Source: a virus (taxonomy: Duplodnaviria; Caudoviricetes). Taken from it: 64,000 nt of DNA. Of the stretch, positions 19,754-29,189 are shown one piece after another (position 1 is the first letter of the stretch; every line of letters begins with the position of its first letter). The notes under the pieces are model-generated. The model saw only the letters and a list, made by a program, of their open reading frames with translations, was not told the DNA's origin and made no database searches. Both the position numbers and the translations under genes were made by a program. Where the stretch lies: IMG/VR virus record IMGVR_UViG_3300021426_000064, positions 120,342 through 184,341 of that record; one strand, given 5' to 3'.

Positions 19754-20947
19754 TTGGAAATTAAAAAGGAATATAACCAGTCTCTTGAAGAGACGTACGA
19801 TGATTGGAAGTATCGCATTATCCTTGGAAAAAGAGACGGTAAAGTAGATATGAGCTGGGATGAAATCATCTCTATGCTTGGCCTCACCTGTTCCAATGAT
19901 TATTTACGCAAAATAGCCGCGGGTATTGAGGGGTATCGCAATTATTTGCGAAATAGAAATGAAGAGACCTTAGAGAATGCACCGCAGTCCGCCATTGATG
20001 CTATTGACGATAAAGAGTTCCAGCTCCGCCGCCAAAAGATGCGTATGCAGGATCAGAAGCGTGAGCTTAATAAGAAACTTCGTGAATGGGCGCGGGCGGA
20101 ACATATTCAGGAAGAGTTTATTAAGGCTGTTAAAGACCTGCCAAAACTTCCCGAAGTCAATCCCATTAATAAGATTAATGGCGATAAAGAAGGCATACTG
20201 ATGCTTTCTGACTGGCATGCCGGTATGGTGTCGGACAATGCGTGCAATATATTTAATACCCGCGTTCTGCAGGAGAGAGTACAGACGCTGGTGGATAAAA
20301 CCATAGAGGCATGTGTCTGTCATAATATCAGTAAGGTACACATTTTCTGTCTCGGCGATATGGTCAATGGACTTATCCATGTGACCACCCGCATTAACAA
20401 CGAGGAAGATGTTGTTAAACAGAGCATGTTGGTGGCCGAACTTATCTGTAAGGTAATCAATGAGCTGTTGGAAGTGGCAGATGTTGAATTATACTGGAGC
20501 CGTGGCAACCATGATCGCGTAGTAGCTAACAAAAAAGAGTCAATCTGTACCGAGAGCTTTGCGGATATGATTCTCTGGTATATCAAGGCAAGGCTTGAAA
20601 ATACAGACGGGCTTTCCTTCCATGAAAATGAGGTGGACGATGAGATTGTCGTGGCAGACGTACTGGGTAACACTATATTCGCTGCCCATGGCCATAAAGA
20701 TAAACCGACAAAAGCCGTGGAAAATCTTTCTCTTCTCTTAAAGAAGTTCCCAGACATGGTTTTATTGGGGCATTTTCATAGCGCAGCAGAACGAGAAGTG
20801 CAGGGCGCGGAAGTCATTGTAAATGGTTCGCTCTGCGGAACGGATGGGTACGCATTTAGTTTGCGGTGTACAAGCCACCCGGTTCAGAAGTTCTTAGTAA
20901 TGAGCAAGCAAGGGCGAGAATGTACATATAATATTCGCCTCGACTAA
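19754..20947 (+). CDS. calcineurin-like metallophosphoesterase
   Basis: SDWH, LGD, GNHD, HGH, GHFH motifs. Confidence 0.88.
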   Translation: MEIKKEYNQSLEETYDDWKYRIILGKRDGKVDMSWDEIISMLGLTCSNDYLRKIAAGIEGYRNYLRNRNEETLENAPQSAIDAIDDKEFQLRRQKMRMQDQKRELNKKLREWARAEHIQEEFIKAVKDLPKLPEVNPINKINGDKEGILMLSDWHAGMVSDNACNIFNTRVLQERVQTLVDKTIEACVCHNISKVHIFCLGDMVNGLIHVTTRINNEEDVVKQSMLVAELICKVINELLEVADVELYWSRGNHDRVVANKKESICTESFADMILWYIKARLENTDGLSFHENEVDDEIVVADVLGNTIFAAHGHKDKPTKAVENLSLLLKKFPDMVLLGHFHSAAEREVQGAEVIVNGSLCGTDGYAFSLRCTSHPVQKFLVMSKQGRECTYNIRLD

Positions 20948-21103
20948 ATACATAACACATCATAGCTCGTCGGCAGCGGTAATATTGCTCATGAAATAAC
21001 ATACTTCAAAATATGTTAGGGGCTAAGGCTAGAGCGAGGGGCATAAGCCTTGTGCAAGAAAACACTCCAGAGAATAACACGATATGTAAGGGTGTGTGAT
21101 TTT

Positions 21104-21508
21104 ATGGAGCTTGAAGCGGTTGGGCAGATAGTTGGCGTACTTGGATTTTTAGGAACCGTATTTGGCTTTCTGTTTAAGACATACGGGAAAATCCGGGACT
21201 ATCTGAACACACAGAACAATTTTCAGGAGCGACTGGAAAACAAGACTGTTGAAATGAAAGATACTATGGCTGGCCTAAAAGAGGACGTTGCCAAAATTCG
21301 AGAGTCGGATATGGTCCAGTCGGAAGGATTGCAGTGTGTGCTCAGAGAACAGTTGCTTAAAAACATGGAGCCGTGCATAATTAACGGTAAGGCGGACGAC
21401 CATACACGAGAGAATGTTGAGCATATGTATGTTGCTTATCGGGCTCTTGGCGGCAACGGTATGATCGAAGCAATGTATAAGCAGTTTGGCAAGCTTCCGC
21501 CCGCTTAA
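21104..21508 (+). CDS. holin-like membrane protein
   Basis: N-terminal TM, coiled coil, Y..Y..LGGNG motif seen in Firmicute phage lysis-module proteins. Confidence 0.55.
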   Translation: MELEAVGQIVGVLGFLGTVFGFLFKTYGKIRDYLNTQNNFQERLENKTVEMKDTMAGLKEDVAKIRESDMVQSEGLQCVLREQLLKNMEPCIINGKADDHTRENVEHMYVAYRALGGNGMIEAMYKQFGKLPPA

Positions 21509-21554
21509 AAATGGCGTTCGTAATTCGAGCGTCGCAAAATATTATACCAGATAA

Positions 21555-21586
21555 AAATAAGGCATATATCTTGCCTTATTTTTTTA
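21555..21586 (+). terminator. intrinsic terminator
   Basis: AAATAAGGCA...TGCCTTATTT followed by a T-tract. Confidence 0.75.
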
Positions 21587-21708
21587 TGCTATAGGCGCCA
21601 TAAAACAGCATAAGTAGGCTGTAATAAGCGGACTGTAAGACTATTAATAAGCATAACCATAATAATAATGCTATAAAACGTAGGAGCTGTAGGAGGAATC
21701 CGTAAACA

Positions 21709-22641
21709 ATGTCAATGACAAGTATTAAGCAAATAAATGGCGGCAAAGAACTTCAAGGCGATGTTCACGCCCTGTTAAATATAGTTGGAAAAGATAAGGA
21801 AGCGTTCTTTAACGAAATACTTAACTGGCTTTTGTCGGAAGCGCCGCAGGATTTTAATCCAGAAATTCTTAGAAGTAGTAAGTTAGTTAAGTTAGTAAGC
21901 TCGGCAGTAACAGTAAATAATGAATCTGACGTGCCGACAAAAACTCCTTACCTTAGCTTTATAGAGGAAAATGGTGAGCCATTCACTCTTAAGACTAATA
22001 ATCTAGCCAAAAACTGGGATGGCACTCTTGAGTATTCAACTGATACTCAGAATTGGTCTGAGTGGGATGGCGCCGAAATTAGTTCTTCTAGTGATGGTAA
22101 GTTATATCTAAGGGGTATAGGAAATTCCAAAATTACTGGTAGTATTAACATACAATTTGTGCTAACCGACAACAAACGTATTCAATGTTTGGGCAACATA
22201 GAAAACTTATTAGACTACGCAACAGTATCTGCAGGTAATCATCCTGTAATGGCTGATTTTTGCTATAGCTCCATATTCTGTGACTGCACTTCCTTAACTG
22301 CAGCACCAGCGCTTCCCGCCACTACTTTAACTAAAATTTGTTATTCTAAGATGTTCAGTGGCTGTACTTCTCTTACTCAAGCACCTGAACTTCCTGCAAC
22401 TATTTTAATTAAAAATTGCTATACTCAGATGTTCAAAGGATGTACTTCCCTTACTAAAGCCCCAGAAGAACTTCCAGCTACTACATTGGCAGGAAATTGC
22501 TATAGCAGCATGTTCGCTGACTGTACTTCCCTCACTGGTACTATTCATTGCCCTGCATCTACGGCAAATGATGAATATAGACTTGATGCCAATTCTAATA
22601 ATATTCCAGCTAATACTGCTACCGTAGTTTATGACCTATAA
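21709..22641 (+). CDS. virion fibre/adhesin with BspA-like LRR repeats (family A N-terminus)
   Basis: Repeats AP.LPATTL...CY..MF..CTSLT; N-terminus MSMTSIKQINGGKELQGDV is shared with 33013 and 35886. Confidence 0.7.
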   Translation: MSMTSIKQINGGKELQGDVHALLNIVGKDKEAFFNEILNWLLSEAPQDFNPEILRSSKLVKLVSSAVTVNNESDVPTKTPYLSFIEENGEPFTLKTNNLAKNWDGTLEYSTDTQNWSEWDGAEISSSSDGKLYLRGIGNSKITGSINIQFVLTDNKRIQCLGNIENLLDYATVSAGNHPVMADFCYSSIFCDCTSLTAAPALPATTLTKICYSKMFSGCTSLTQAPELPATILIKNCYTQMFKGCTSLTKAPEELPATTLAGNCYSSMFADCTSLTGTIHCPASTANDEYRLDANSNNIPANTATVVYDL

Positions 22642-22658
22642 ATAAAGGAGTATCTTAT

Positions 22659-23681
22659 ATGCTTTCATTAGCTCAGACGATAAAAGACTTAAAAAATAAT
22701 ATAGTAAATATCTTAAACACCATGGCGCCCAAAACATACGTTGACAAAAAGGTGGCTGATTTAGTTAATGGAGCGCCGGCGCAATTGGATACGCTTCAAG
22801 AATTATCCAAGGCGTTGAATAATGATAAGGACTTCGCTACAACAGTCAATAACTCCATCGCTAAGAAATTGAATATAGCCGGTGGTACGATTACTGGGGA
22901 CCTTACAGTAAATGGTGCGCTAACAGGCAAGGCAAGTACGGCGGGAGTAGCCGATCGTGCTTTAAAAGCCGATGCATGCACTGGCAATGCCGCGTCAGCT
23001 TCCAGTGTTGCTTGGTCTGGAATAACCGGTAAGCCATCCAGCTATACACCTTCTGCGCATAATCACGATAGTGCGTATCCTTCTACAACCGGAGTAAGGG
23101 CATCAGGGACTTGGGGTATCAATATTACCGGTTCTGCGGGTGGAGTAGCTTGGGCAAATGTATCAGGCAAACCCACTTCTTTTACTCCGGCAAGCCATGG
23201 TCATGGTTGGGGAGAAATTAGTGATAAACCGGCACAAGCAACGAGATGGCCAACTTGGGGTGAGGTATCAGGAAAGCCTACCTCCTTTACACCTGCTACA
23301 CACAATCATGCTTGGAATGACATTACGGGTAAACCATCAACATTTACGCCATCTGGCCATAGCCATGGATGGGGCGATATCACTGGCGCACCGGCCACGG
23401 CTACGCGTTGGCCGACCTGGGATGAAATAACAGGCAAACCCGCTACCTTCCCGTCTAGTGGTGGCGGTACAGCGTCCAGTGTGGCATGGAATAATATTAC
23501 AGGTAAACCATCGACTTTTGCACCGTCCAGCCATGGTCATGCATGGGGAGAGATTAGTGGAGCTCCGGCACAGGCGACCAGATGGCCGGCATGGAGCGAA
23601 GTTTCCAGTAAACCCGGAAGGATCGTTACCGTTGCATCTTGGGATGCTAGTACGGGTGTTCTGAAATTAAAAACGGTGTAA
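22659..23681 (+). CDS. tail fibre protein with W..I.GKP..F.P..HxH repeats (family B N-terminus)
   Basis: GAPAQLDTLQELSKALNND.DFATT tail-fibre motif; repeated HxH motifs. Confidence 0.85.
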   Translation: MLSLAQTIKDLKNNIVNILNTMAPKTYVDKKVADLVNGAPAQLDTLQELSKALNNDKDFATTVNNSIAKKLNIAGGTITGDLTVNGALTGKASTAGVADRALKADACTGNAASASSVAWSGITGKPSSYTPSAHNHDSAYPSTTGVRASGTWGINITGSAGGVAWANVSGKPTSFTPASHGHGWGEISDKPAQATRWPTWGEVSGKPTSFTPATHNHAWNDITGKPSTFTPSGHSHGWGDITGAPATATRWPTWDEITGKPATFPSSGGGTASSVAWNNITGKPSTFAPSSHGHAWGEISGAPAQATRWPAWSEVSSKPGRIVTVASWDASTGVLKLKTV

Positions 23682-23693
23682 AGGATGTAGTCT

Positions 23694-24290
23694 ATGTCTC
23701 TTATTATTTCTGACGGCGAGCCAAAAGATATACAACTAAATGGAGCCGCCGTAAAAGAAGTTTGGTTTGACGGCAAAAAAGTTTGGCCTATTTTTGCCGT
23801 TATTATTGATGAATATACGATAACGGGTACGCTTACAACAGGTCTGTACTGGGAAAAAGAAAACGCAGATGGCGACTGCGAAGCGGTTGACCAGTGCTAC
23901 GGCAATTGTCAGAACTCTGGTGTGCTTATTGACTGCGCAGGCGAAGGATATGAAAACTTCGTTGGCTATAAGTTGGAGTTAATTTTCAGTGCGCCCATTA
24001 AACATTTTCCGATAAAATACATTTCAAAATCTGGCGCCACAGTAATTATTGAAATTAACAAATTTAAGTACGACAAAGAAAAAGGTACGTACACCCATGA
24101 CTTTGGCGTATTAAAAGAGCTTGAACAAGTTCAATCCATATACCCTGCCGAAGGAGTAAAAGACTATAGCGTTTTCACATCTTGCAACATCACCGATGTA
24201 AACGAAGTGCCAGAGGATTGCTCCGAACCAGATTGTCAGTGCTCAGAGGAAATAAATTGTCCCGATGACGGCGCTGATGGCGGATTGTAA
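23694..24290 (+). CDS. Cys/acid-rich tail-associated protein, candidate radical SAM substrate
   Basis: N-terminal IQLNG..VKEVWFDGKKVWP fibre-associated motif; CEAVD, CNITD, CSEPD motifs. Confidence 0.65.
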   Translation: MSLIISDGEPKDIQLNGAAVKEVWFDGKKVWPIFAVIIDEYTITGTLTTGLYWEKENADGDCEAVDQCYGNCQNSGVLIDCAGEGYENFVGYKLELIFSAPIKHFPIKYISKSGATVIIEINKFKYDKEKGTYTHDFGVLKELEQVQSIYPAEGVKDYSVFTSCNITDVNEVPEDCSEPDCQCSEEINCPDDGADGGL

Positions 24291-24307
24291 TAATAAAAGG
24301 TAAAAAA

Positions 24308-25342
24308 ATGAAGAAAAAAGTAAAAAAGATATTTTTCATGCTTGGCCCCAAATGCAACCTTCAATGTAAATACTGCTTGCAGCATGATATGGTTGAGTAC
24401 GACACAGTAACCGTAAAGCCGGAAGTTAAGGAATGGCTGCGAGAACAAGTGCCGACAGATTCAGAACCCCCATTTTGGGTTATCTTTTATGGCGGAGAAC
24501 CGCTAGTTTATTGGGACACCATAAAAGACATCGTAAAAAGTGTAAGAGGAAATGTCCAATATTCTATGATATCAAACGGAAAATTAATGACGGCCGATAA
24601 AGTCGATTTCATTAATGACTACGGTATGTGTACCATGATTTCATGGGACGGGGCCAATGTAGAAAAGACCCGTGGATATGATGTTGTAAAAAGCAATCCA
24701 TGTATTTTAGACATAAAAAAGCTTGGCTTCTCGGCCGTACTAAGCTCTTATACATATCCTCTGGATTTTCTGAACGAAGCAGAGCCCATCCTTGCGGAGT
24801 ATAAAAAAATCCATGGTTATGCTCCGATGATTAATATAGACACAATTATGGATTTTGGAAATTGCGGAGAACTACGTAAAATGGATTGCCGCAAGATTTC
24901 TGAACAGATGAATTTTATAATCAAACACAAGAAGGATAAGGGCTCGTATTACGGCATAGTTAGTAGGCTACAGAAGAAATATGTATTCTATAAGGAATAT
25001 GTAGACAAGCGCGCCGTTTGCGGAAACGGCTACACTATCTGGAATGTGGATATTAATGGAGATCTTTACCGCTGTCATAACTGCGGCGAAAAAGTAGGAA
25101 CTATCCATGACGACCCCGAAGATATTCTGGCTAGAGTAAAAGCCATTGACCCCACTTATGAATATTACAAGAGCAAATGTAAGGATTGCCCGGCACAGCC
25201 GTTATGCCGCAGCGGATGTCCGATGATAGACGCTCAAGGGCGCGAAGATTATTTTTGCGGCATCCGAAAAGCATATTTGGGGCCAATCATTGAAGACTTT
25301 AATACTCCTAAGGAAACAGGAAGGATAATACACATTGGGTAA
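24308..25342 (+). CDS. radical SAM/SPASM-domain protein
   Basis: CNLQCKYC, FYGGEPL, ISWDG, SPASM C..G...GDLYRC...CKDC..QPLCRSGC...C. Confidence 0.92.
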   Translation: MKKKVKKIFFMLGPKCNLQCKYCLQHDMVEYDTVTVKPEVKEWLREQVPTDSEPPFWVIFYGGEPLVYWDTIKDIVKSVRGNVQYSMISNGKLMTADKVDFINDYGMCTMISWDGANVEKTRGYDVVKSNPCILDIKKLGFSAVLSSYTYPLDFLNEAEPILAEYKKIHGYAPMINIDTIMDFGNCGELRKMDCRKISEQMNFIIKHKKDKGSYYGIVSRLQKKYVFYKEYVDKRAVCGNGYTIWNVDINGDLYRCHNCGEKVGTIHDDPEDILARVKAIDPTYEYYKSKCKDCPAQPLCRSGCPMIDAQGREDYFCGIRKAYLGPIIEDFNTPKETGRIIHIG

Positions 25343-26090
25343 CGATATAGTAAAAGAACAATCCGTTTATGTGCCGCAAGAACAACTTATCTTGGGGAAT
25401 GTACTTGGAAGCACTCACTATGGGCTTGCGGATGAATGGTCTGATCGAGACGTATGCTATCTGTTAATGCCGTCTAAGCGGGATTTGATCCGCGGGCGAA
25501 AACCTCAGCGCCTACTATTTAAAGAGCAGTGTGATATCAGTATGTTTGATATTCGCAGCCTGATGTTCTTTATTGCTGAAGGCGACATTAATAAACTCGG
25601 ACTATTCTTTAACGATGACTATATGTATGTAGCTCCCCAGTTTAAGGATTTCGTCGACCAGCTTATCGCGCGGCGAGAAGATTTAATCAATACTATTTCG
25701 CCATCTATACATGCTTGGGCTTTGAATATGTTTGAGTATAAACTGGGGCAAATCCATTACTACAAGGATGCTGAAGAAAAATACAAGCAGTTCGGTTACA
25801 ACACGAAGAATGTGGCACAGGCTATTTATTATATCCGCATAGCCATGCAGTATTTTATCAACCGTAACTACAGCGTAGAAAATCCTATGCTAAAAGCCTA
25901 TGATTGCTCCGGTTTTCGTGATGAAATCCTAGATATCAAACACGGCAAGTACTCGGAAGAGGAAGCTGTAGCTATAGCTGAAGCAGAATACGCGAAATTA
26001 ATCGGTATTACCAACTTAGGAAGAAACCATAACGTAGGTTGGGTTAATCAACTGGTTTACGGCGAAATAGAAAAAATGTTAGGAACGTGA
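25335..26090 (+). CDS. Pol-beta superfamily nucleotidyltransferase (RlaP/YcgL-like)
   Basis: GSTHYGLADEWSDRD (GS...D.D), GYNTK, ILDIKHGKY. Confidence 0.8.
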   Translation: MGNDIVKEQSVYVPQEQLILGNVLGSTHYGLADEWSDRDVCYLLMPSKRDLIRGRKPQRLLFKEQCDISMFDIRSLMFFIAEGDINKLGLFFNDDYMYVAPQFKDFVDQLIARREDLINTISPSIHAWALNMFEYKLGQIHYYKDAEEKYKQFGYNTKNVAQAIYYIRIAMQYFINRNYSVENPMLKAYDCSGFRDEILDIKHGKYSEEEAVAIAEAEYAKLIGITNLGRNHNVGWVNQLVYGEIEKMLGT

Positions 26091-26096
26091 CGAATC

Positions 26097-26615
26097 ATGT
26101 TAACCCTACCTCAAATAATAAAAGACTTATTGTCTAAAGCTAAAACCATTAGTAATAATATCACAGAAACTTATGTTAAGAATTTAATCACTACGGAAAT
26201 AGAGCGCTCTATCTCTTCTTCTACTGATGGGCCATTATATTTAGCTATTAAAAACGCGGCTTTTACCAACCTTCCTCCCAAGATTGGTTATGGCAAAGAA
26301 AAGACGCTTACAATCACCCCCATCGGGGGACAATTAAAAGTAAATATCCCCTCGCAGGCAATATACTTAGGTGGATTCGGCAGCATTATCCCCGCACAAA
26401 CGATAAGCCTGCCAGCTAATCAGGATAATTACATTTATGTGGTCCGCGACGCCGCCGACTATACAAAAGTAAACTTTGAGATTTACGACCACTTACTTGG
26501 CGGAAAAGATAAAGATATCCACTTTACCCGTATTCTTTGCGCCCGTTTTAAGACGAATGGTTCTAAGGTTATTGAACAGGAGGCGTTCGAGACAGCGAAC
26601 TATTCCTGTTTTTAA
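26097..26615 (+). CDS. tail-associated protein, minimal family B member
   Basis: Shares MLTLP..IKDL, NLPPKIGY and IYLGG...NYIY blocks with the next two genes. Confidence 0.7.
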   Translation: MLTLPQIIKDLLSKAKTISNNITETYVKNLITTEIERSISSSTDGPLYLAIKNAAFTNLPPKIGYGKEKTLTITPIGGQLKVNIPSQAIYLGGFGSIIPAQTISLPANQDNYIYVVRDAADYTKVNFEIYDHLLGGKDKDIHFTRILCARFKTNGSKVIEQEAFETANYSCF

Positions 26616-26636
26616 CAATATGCATGGAGAGATTTT

Positions 26637-29189
26637 ATGTTAACGCTACCATTAATCTTAAAAGATTTAAAGAATTCTATAGGAATAGCGTACACTACGG
26701 TTACAAACGCCACCTTCCTAAATCGCATTAAAAATCGCATTAAGGAATCCGTCAACACGAATTCCTCATCTGGTGAAATATACAACGCTGTTAAGGATGC
26801 AGCGTTTACCAATTTGCCGCCCAAAATCGGCTATCTCGACGAAAAGACTGTCCCGATGTACGCTGCTTACAATATGAGCAACATGGCCGTGACCGACTTA
26901 CCTTGCTGGATTACTTCGGACTTGGAAGGGCGAGAGATTACCTATTTTAGAGCGTCTCAGGACGGAGCGCATGGCCTTCAGATATATCGCGCCTTTAGAA
27001 GTAACTTATCTGACACGAACGGCTATACTGTAGAAAATCAGCCACTAGCAATAACGATTGATGGCGTAGATACAAAGTTTAATCGTGTATATGGTATCTC
27101 TAACGATTATATTGTCTTACAGGCAGAAAATGGAAAACGTTACCACTTTGCTACCTACTATTCTTCCAATACGGACAACTGGAAGTTAATGCGAGAAGTT
27201 ACTCGTTTTAATAGCTACGGCGATGTAATGGATATCCTTTGGTTCGATTCAGTAAAAAGATACCTTGTTGTATGCCAAACCGGACAGGGAATGGTATATC
27301 TCGTTGCAGATGAAAATCTGAACGAAATGTATCGCGATATGGTTTTTGACTTTACGCAGTTTCACCATAGTGGCAAACCAACCTGGACGTATCATTATAG
27401 CACGTATGGCAATACAGCTTCCGCAGCATACATACCAGACCAGAACCGGCTGGCAACCGTATTCCGAATGGATGCGAATGTCAGAGAAAACGGCTTTGTC
27501 ATTTACAACTCGGATATGGCGCATCATCCATTGTATTGTAATACCATCAGTAATTTTACCCCAGACAAACTACTGACAAATCATTACTTCGCTACGGCGC
27601 AATGGGATACCCCATTAGCCACTTATTACGATGCGGCAAAGTGGGATTGGTGGGGCGATAATACGGTTAAGATGGCTACGGGATTAACCAGCCGTGGCAC
27701 AGAATACTGCCAATATGACTCGCTGAATAAAATGTTTTATTACACGCATGGTGTTCGCGACTGGGCCGGCGTATATATCAAGCGTATCGCCGTTGAAAAC
27801 CTAAGTTCAAGGGCTGGCACTCGTTTTTTGGATGACAACGCCGGACAAGGATGGAACTGGCAAACACCAGACACTTCTCCGTGGGCCAAGCAAACATATG
27901 CCCCTTCCGTGATGTATGACTCTATCGTTTTACGCGCGCAGTCTAACAAGTACGGCGGTGCGTGGAATAATATTATTATTGCGCCGGAGACGACATCCAA
28001 TGCAAATATACTGGCTGTTACGGCAGGCTCGTGGGCTGTAGGCGGTGGCGATATAACAAATATTGACTGGGCTGCAGGGTATGGGCGTTATTCCTGCACG
28101 AAGGAAAACTTCAATGCTAAAGATGGCGTGTCATGGTATCAAATTCTGGAAGAGAATGGGTACTACAATGTTTACCGTCTAGATTATAAAGCTCGTAAGG
28201 ATCAGGTTGGCAATACTTACAACGACAATGTGTATCGCCCCGCAAACCCTATAGCTAAATTTAAAAAGACTCTTAACTTTGTTGGAGGCATAACGTCATT
28301 TGGCTCTTGGGCTTTTAGAAGCGCATCTTTTGGCGGCGGTAATAAGCTCATCATCTTCGGGCGCATTTCAAGCAATTATAAATGTGTGAAGAATAGTGAA
28401 GGCAAGTACGTTCCGCAAGACGAGAACGCTATGCCGGCCTATTATTTTATCTCGGAAGATGGAAGCTATTACAAGGTAGATTTACCGCAAAACATGCGCG
28501 ACTGGTATTTATCTGAAGCAAGTGACCGATGGCCATATATCCGAAATCCAGATTGGGTTAACCGTACGCCCTTCCTGGATAGTGACGGTCTGACGCTCTA
28601 TTATAATAGTCATGAATTCTATCATGGCAATGGCGATTACTGCTTCGCTGGTTGGAGAGTAATTTTTTCTTCCGACCTTAAGACTGCTACAAAAGTTGAT
28701 TCTGTAGCTGCAGGTGATGGCACATGGTGTGGCATCGAAGTTCTTGGTTGGAATAAGCGCTTCGGTTATTATCGTACTCGCACCAGAAACCGTACAGGCT
28801 CTTTAATCGATACCAGCGCTACAAGCCCGATTAATGTCATTAACCTTGGCGGTGACGTAAAAACATATACCATCAATAATAGTGGCTCGGTAGGTCTAAT
28901 CGCTTATATTCAGGCAACGCCTATTTATCTCGGCGGTTATTACAGCGTACTGCCTGCTACGGAAGTATATCTAAAAGCCAATAGTGACAATTACATTTAC
29001 CTATCCAGAGATAAATTGGACTACCAGAAAATAAACGTAGAGAATTACGACCATTTGCTGGGGGCACAGAATAACGATATGGGCATTAACTTCTCCCGTA
29101 TCCTTATCTCGAAAATAACTACGGATAATAAAGGCGCTACGAGCCAGGAGTATTTTAATATCGATTATTACGGAGCAAGCAAGTCATGA
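26637..29189 (+). CDS. large beta-rich receptor-binding/tail protein (family B)
   Basis: 850 aa; family B termini around an aromatic, beta-rich insert. Confidence 0.7.
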   Translation: MLTLPLILKDLKNSIGIAYTTVTNATFLNRIKNRIKESVNTNSSSGEIYNAVKDAAFTNLPPKIGYLDEKTVPMYAAYNMSNMAVTDLPCWITSDLEGREITYFRASQDGAHGLQIYRAFRSNLSDTNGYTVENQPLAITIDGVDTKFNRVYGISNDYIVLQAENGKRYHFATYYSSNTDNWKLMREVTRFNSYGDVMDILWFDSVKRYLVVCQTGQGMVYLVADENLNEMYRDMVFDFTQFHHSGKPTWTYHYSTYGNTASAAYIPDQNRLATVFRMDANVRENGFVIYNSDMAHHPLYCNTISNFTPDKLLTNHYFATAQWDTPLATYYDAAKWDWWGDNTVKMATGLTSRGTEYCQYDSLNKMFYYTHGVRDWAGVYIKRIAVENLSSRAGTRFLDDNAGQGWNWQTPDTSPWAKQTYAPSVMYDSIVLRAQSNKYGGAWNNIIIAPETTSNANILAVTAGSWAVGGGDITNIDWAAGYGRYSCTKENFNAKDGVSWYQILEENGYYNVYRLDYKARKDQVGNTYNDNVYRPANPIAKFKKTLNFVGGITSFGSWAFRSASFGGGNKLIIFGRISSNYKCVKNSEGKYVPQDENAMPAYYFISEDGSYYKVDLPQNMRDWYLSEASDRWPYIRNPDWVNRTPFLDSDGLTLYYNSHEFYHGNGDYCFAGWRVIFSSDLKTATKVDSVAAGDGTWCGIEVLGWNKRFGYYRTRTRNRTGSLIDTSATSPINVINLGGDVKTYTINNSGSVGLIAYIQATPIYLGGYYSVLPATEVYLKANSDNYIYLSRDKLDYQKINVENYDHLLGAQNNDMGINFSRILISKITTDNKGATSQEYFNIDYYGASKS

